In this document: positions 59,095 through 64,000 of the stretch, piece after piece
Layout of the letters: each line of letters starts with the position of its first letter
Position numbering within the stretch: position 1 is the first letter of the stretch
Assembly (NCBI RefSeq): GCF_001447785.1
Contig: NW_015160218.1
Coordinates: 149,262 to 213,261, forward strand
From: Gekko japonicus
Lineage: Eukaryota
Direction: 5' to 3'
Length of the DNA: 64,000 bases
Made by a program: the position numbers and the translations under genes
Notes under the pieces: generated by a model
What the model was told of the DNA's origin: nothing
The model's database searches: none
What the model saw: the letters and a program-made list of their open reading frames with translations, nothing else

Positions 59095-60895
59095 TAGGGA
59101 TGTGCATGAACTGGCTCACAAACCTTTGTTCGTGATGAATTTTGCCTGGTTTGTGGTTCGCAAACTGCAGCCCAGCCATGAACCTCTATGAACTTTTAAG
59201 GCAGTGTGTGGAGATTTGTGGGTTTGTGGGCAGTCCCTGCTTTCTCCTCCCCAAGAAAGCCGCCAAAATATTGGAAACAGCTGAGCTGCAGGGACAACCT
59301 GCTCCCCTGGCTCAGCTGTTTCAGGCTCAAAGTAACTGACCCTGCTCAGTTTGCTCTGTGTTGCTCAACTGTTTAAAGGGGCTTTCTGGGGCAGCACTGG
59401 CTGCCAGAGAATGCCCCGGGACTAGCTGCCCAAGAAAACCCTTTAAACAGCTGAATTATGGGAGCAGTTTTCTCCTCGTAGCTCCACTGTTTAAAGGAGC
59501 TTTCTTGGGTAGCCAGCCCCAGGGGCTGGCTGCAAAGAAAGCTCCTTTAAACAGCTGAGCTGTGAGGAGCAGACTGCCCCCATGGTTCAGCTGTTTCCAA
59601 TCTAAACAACTGAGCCATGGGTGGGCCTGCTCCCGTGGCTCAGTTGTTTAGATCGAAAACAACAGAGCTGCAGGGGTAGCTGTTAGCCAAATTGCCTCGA
59701 ATTATGGGGAATTATGATCTTGCACAAGGCAATGAGCAAATAAGGGAGCAAGCATCTATGTATACAGGGTCCTACTTCTTCCAGATACACCAAAAACTAG
59801 GTGCTGAGACTGACATCAGTATAAGATGGTTTTGTTTACTGAAGGTATTTCAAACATACAATAACACAAGCGCACACACAATTATACAGCATCTAGGAAA
59901 TATAGATAGAAGAGGATAGCACATTCGCATTAGCAGGATGTTCCATTGATGGGCAATACTTTACCTGTCTGAAGCGAACCTCAGAAAAAGGAGGGGGACT
60001 ATGGGGTATTGGGGAAGGGTCGTGTCCTGAATCAGCAGGGGCACAAGGAGACTCTGGCTGCGCATCCAGGATTCGGAGGCTTAGGGTGGGAGGGGGTCGA
60101 GAGAGAGATAGCAATAGAGCAAGCTGGTGCTGAGTGCCCTCTTTTATAAGGAATTTGAGGGGTGGGCTAGGCTTGGCTACCTCTCTTGGTACACCTCCTG
60201 CTGGTCCGTCCCCTGAAAATATGCTGACTGGCACGGGGGTCGAAGGTCTAAGGGAATGGGCAATGCTGGACATAATGAGAAACTAGTCTGGACAGTAGCA
60301 CCTGATAGGATTATGACTCATGCGACCAGAGCCATTGTTCCCTGGTTGTCTTCTGGCTGTATTTTCGACTAGGGAAGAGAATGCTGCCTACATGCAAGAA
60401 AGGAGACTTTTCATGGAGTTTGAGTCTCTGTCTTCTGCCCTGGCATGGCAACTGCCTGACTTCTCAGTGCTATACATGGCTAGGAAACTGGTCCATCTTA
60501 CTGCAGGAAAGAGGATTGGTGACATACAGGAACCATAGGCACATAATCTCACAGGAAGGCTTCCTCCTTCTGGGCGTGTGCCTATAACTGGCATCACTTG
60601 GAGTCACCTCATAGTTCAGTTCCTTTTGCACACAGCTAGCAAAGTCCAGGTTTTTATTCATAAGGGTGCAATGGGCGTCTTGCATGGCAACACAGCCTGC
60701 TCCCACAGCTCAGCTGTTTAGAGCTAAAAAGAACTGAACCATGGCAGCAGGCTGCCCCCACAGCTCAGCTGTTTCAGTCACAAAACTGGCAAACCCTTTT
60801 CAGTTTGTATGCGAGCCAACTTGGTTTGTGGTTCGGTTTCTGGTTCACCCATGAACCACGAACTGAACCATTTTTGTGGTTTCTGCCCATCCCTA
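59095..60895. mobile_element. hAT MITE (same family as 14900-15471) carrying a nested solo LTR
   Basis: TAGGGATG...CATCCCTA ends; perfect TSD CTTTTGAC at 59087-59094 and 60896-60903. Confidence 0.9.
59681..60692 (-). mobile_element. Solo LTR, ~1.0 kb (ERV- or Gypsy-type)
   Basis: TGTT...AACA ends; TSD TAGC/CAGC; TATAAAAG on the minus strand near 60141-60150; MITE internal repeats resume exactly after it. Confidence 0.75.
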
Positions 60896-62081
60896 CTTTT
60901 GACTTGAGTTGACTACTCTTGACTAATGCTTGAAGTGGGATTATTTTTCTCTTCCCAAATTGCCACACACCTCAGTCCAGGAATATATAAAGCAAACATA
61001 GAGATGTTGCTAAGAGTGAAAACCTGATGAAATTCCAACCAGTTTATGGATTAAGGAGAAAGTCTGAGGGGAAAACTGAAAAAATGGCTAGTATCTGAGA
61101 TAGCTGTTGTGCAAGTAGAAACACCTTCCAAATGCTTTACCATCCAGAATGCTTGGTTTACTGATTAATTTCTGCAGTTTTGTTCAATGTATGGACATTA
61201 GGTGCTTTCCTGTAATCCATAATGATAATTAGGGTGCTGAACAGTCTTCTATAGCTTAGATCATAGTACCAGCTGGAAAAGTACCCATGGTAAATGGAAT
61301 GCAAGGATCAGCAGAAGTAAACCAAGTCTTGGTAGCCTCTGTGCAAAATAGAGATAATTTTGGTTTTTTAATCACTTATATTTTGACCCAAGAATTCCCA
61401 TTCTGAAATTGCTTCTCCTTTGCATGAATTAAACTCCATTTTCCTTCTGTGTGTGATTCTTCATACTGATTCTTCCCATAAAATATATTTTAAAATGCCA
61501 GTGTTAATTGTACATCAATAAATCAGGATTACGTGTTATGCATCTGTTACAGGTATTAATCACATACATTGTGTGTAAAAATACTGTATAAAATGTACAT
61601 AGAAACTGCAACATGTATGTATACAATGTAAAAAAATCTGCAAAATCAATAATGAAAAGTGGAGAAATGATCCTGTTGAGAAAAATATGGAAAGAAATGC
61701 AATGCAGAACTTTCAGTCATCTGTAGTGCTAAATGGTCTGTGACAGAATATAGGGTTATTACCAGAGAAAACTGAAGCTGAAAAATGGAAGGCTCTGCTA
61801 TGTACATATTAATCATGATAATCATGATAATAATTATATATTATATGTTATTTCATTATGATTATCTTTATGATTATTGTTATTTCAATCAATGAGTTAG
61901 TACTTGTGAAGAATGGTCTCCAAACAGGCAGTTTATTGATAATAAAAGCCATTATTCTGATTTGAATTCAGTGTGTGATCTACCCAGGTACTTCTCAGTT
62001 CTCAATGGAATATGGAATGCTATTATTAGTAGCAGTATCATGGGTTATTAATATAGCGTTTGGATGGAACTGAGCTACACA

Positions 62082-62244
62082 NNNNNNNNNNNNNNNNNNN
62101 NNNNNNNNNNNNNNNNNNNNNNNNNNNNNNNNNNNNNNNNNNNNNNNNNNNNNNNNNNNNNNNNNNNNNNNNNNNNNNNNNNNNNNNNNNNNNNNNNNNN
62201 NNNNNNNNNNNNNNNNNNNNNNNNNNNNNNNNNNNNNNNNNNNN
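62082..62244. other. Assembly gap
   Basis: Run of N. Confidence 0.99.
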
Positions 62245-62849
62245 TGAAACTGAGATAGTGTCCTGGGGTAGGTGTAGGGAATCCTTGCATTAAAGACAAC
62301 AGGCTAAGAAGCCATTTGGAACACACCAGATATTCATCCCATCTGAATCTCTTCTTATATATCGGATTGATGAATTATCTGGTCCTTTTTTAAAAAAAAT
62401 TCTCAATGTTCTACAGAATATACAGATATGACATTTGCCCTTAAAAAAGTAAGCCTATCTATTTTGCTAATTTATTTTGTTTCTCTTACCCCTTCTATAT
62501 ACTATTTATATGCAATTAATATAGATGCATAGTTTAAAATTACATATGTTCAGTTCAAGGAAATAAAAAATAGGGAGAAAATAAAAGCAGTTCAATTTGA
62601 TCAAGATAGAAATGGGGGTTTTCATGTCAAAATGGTGGGTTTATGGATTTTGGTAGCATCCCTTTTACAGTGAGTGTGCATACACAGTTGTTCACATCTG
62701 TTAGTCAGGAATGAGTGGATCCCCCTGCCTCTGTTCTGACATCATTTCTCTGGTTATCTGTGTATAAGCATTCTGTCCCACTGCCCTGGAGCTCTTCAGT
62801 TTAAAATTCCTTTGGGTGGGAATTTCATTAGAAAATATGTCTCTATTTG

Positions 62850-63345
62850 GAGTCTTCCCCCTAAAGCAAGGCTAAAGTAACGGGGGCTTTTTAGTTTAGG
62901 GGGAAAATGACTGAGGGGGACATGACAGTGGTCTACAAAGCAGTCCACAGTGCAGAAGAAGTAAACAGATACAAACTTTTCTTCCTCTCCCATAATTCTA
63001 GACCTCGGAGTTACTCTATGAAATCAATTGGCAGTAGCTTCAAGACAGACAAAAATAAAATAGTTATTCACACAATAAGTTCTTGACATGTGCGATGCTC
63101 AGCCTGAGCTGTGGCAATCACTATCAGCTTGGAAGGGTTTAAAAGGGGTTGTATAGCCTTGATAGCTTAATGGGGATTCTGGGGTCAGAGGCAGAATGTC
63201 TCTGATTGGCAAGTACTGGGTAACAGTCAGCCCGGCTGTCTGAAGACCCTGATGGTAGACTTCCCTATGGCACCAGCCTGACCACTGTTGGAAGAGGAAT
63301 ATTGTATTAGATGGATAAATGGCCTGATCCAGTATGGCTGGCAGA
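62850..63345 (+). mobile_element. Old CR1 3' fragment
   Basis: Similar to 22940-23380. Confidence 0.65.
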
Positions 63346-64000
63346 GATGGAACACTAGTCTCTGTGATCAGGTTTTCCTCCCCACAGGTTTGCCAGGGTT
63401 TTACCACAGAATTTTACTGTAGAGTTTCTGGTGATTCCTGGATCTACCACCGTCGCTTCTGGTTCTCCTTGGAAGTGACGTCATCACACTCATGATGCCC
63501 CCCACCCATGCCACCACTTGGAACAGCAGCAGCCAAAGGGAGCTTGGGGGCTTGGTCGCTCTGCCTTCCCAGGCAGCAACAGTCTACAGATTTTAGTCTG
63601 TTGCAGCATCAGATCAGCAGAGTCGATGTCTGTCACATACACAAATGCTTAAATATATGGTAAATAAGAATGGCATAGATGCTGAAGGAGGGGAGTTGGT
63701 TTCACTCAATGTGATACGTTAGTGAGTGAGCAGAGCAAATTAGTCTGCAGACACTTGTATGAGAATCTCTACTTTCAGCTCATTTGTCTATACATACGGT
63801 TACACAGGGCTGTAGCCAGCAGTGGGACATTGGGGGCGGTGCCTCCTATCATATTTGCAATGTGCCCTCAGGCTCAGGCCAACCACACCAGGCTCTGGGG
63901 GGTGGCAGTGGGGACTCAACAGGAAAGCCTGGTGGGGACTCTGGCCAGAGGATGGGCAGCTGATGCATGAGGTGGGTGGGCAGCATCGCTGGGTCCTCCA

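Noticed and set aside
59340-59680. Repeated CAGCTG/TTTAAA units resembling an array
   Set aside because: These are internal subterminal palindromic repeats of the hAT MITE, with no constant repeat-spacer structure; not CRISPR

Overview
This is a vertebrate intronic/intergenic window from a squamate reptile, probably a gecko (Sauria SINE, Squam3-type SINE, CR1, L2, BovB and Penelope-like repeats). It is dominated by transposable elements and has three assembly gaps. The main feature is an apparently intact, very young Ty3/Gypsy (Mag-like) LTR retrotransposon on the minus strand (4269-9237). It has 357-bp LTRs differing at 2 sites, a TATCT target-site duplication (TSD), an 18/18 tRNA-Ser(GCT) primer-binding site (PBS), a polypurine tract (PPT) and one uninterrupted 1387-aa gag-pol ORF. 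A decayed sister Gypsy element (46699-51604) has its RT core replaced by foreign DNA and a CR1 inserted in gag. Also present are the 5' end of a Ty1/Copia element, a TSD-bounded ORF1-only L1 (HAL1-like) element, two solo LTRs nested in hAT MITEs, many hAT MITEs with 8-bp TSDs and a palindromic Harbinger-like MITE. There are several short, near-identical local duplications. One isolated candidate host exon lies on the plus strand (45532-45628); the gene was not identified. I found no prokaryote-type system. Family names come from recognised motifs, not database searches, and boundaries of old repeats are approximate.
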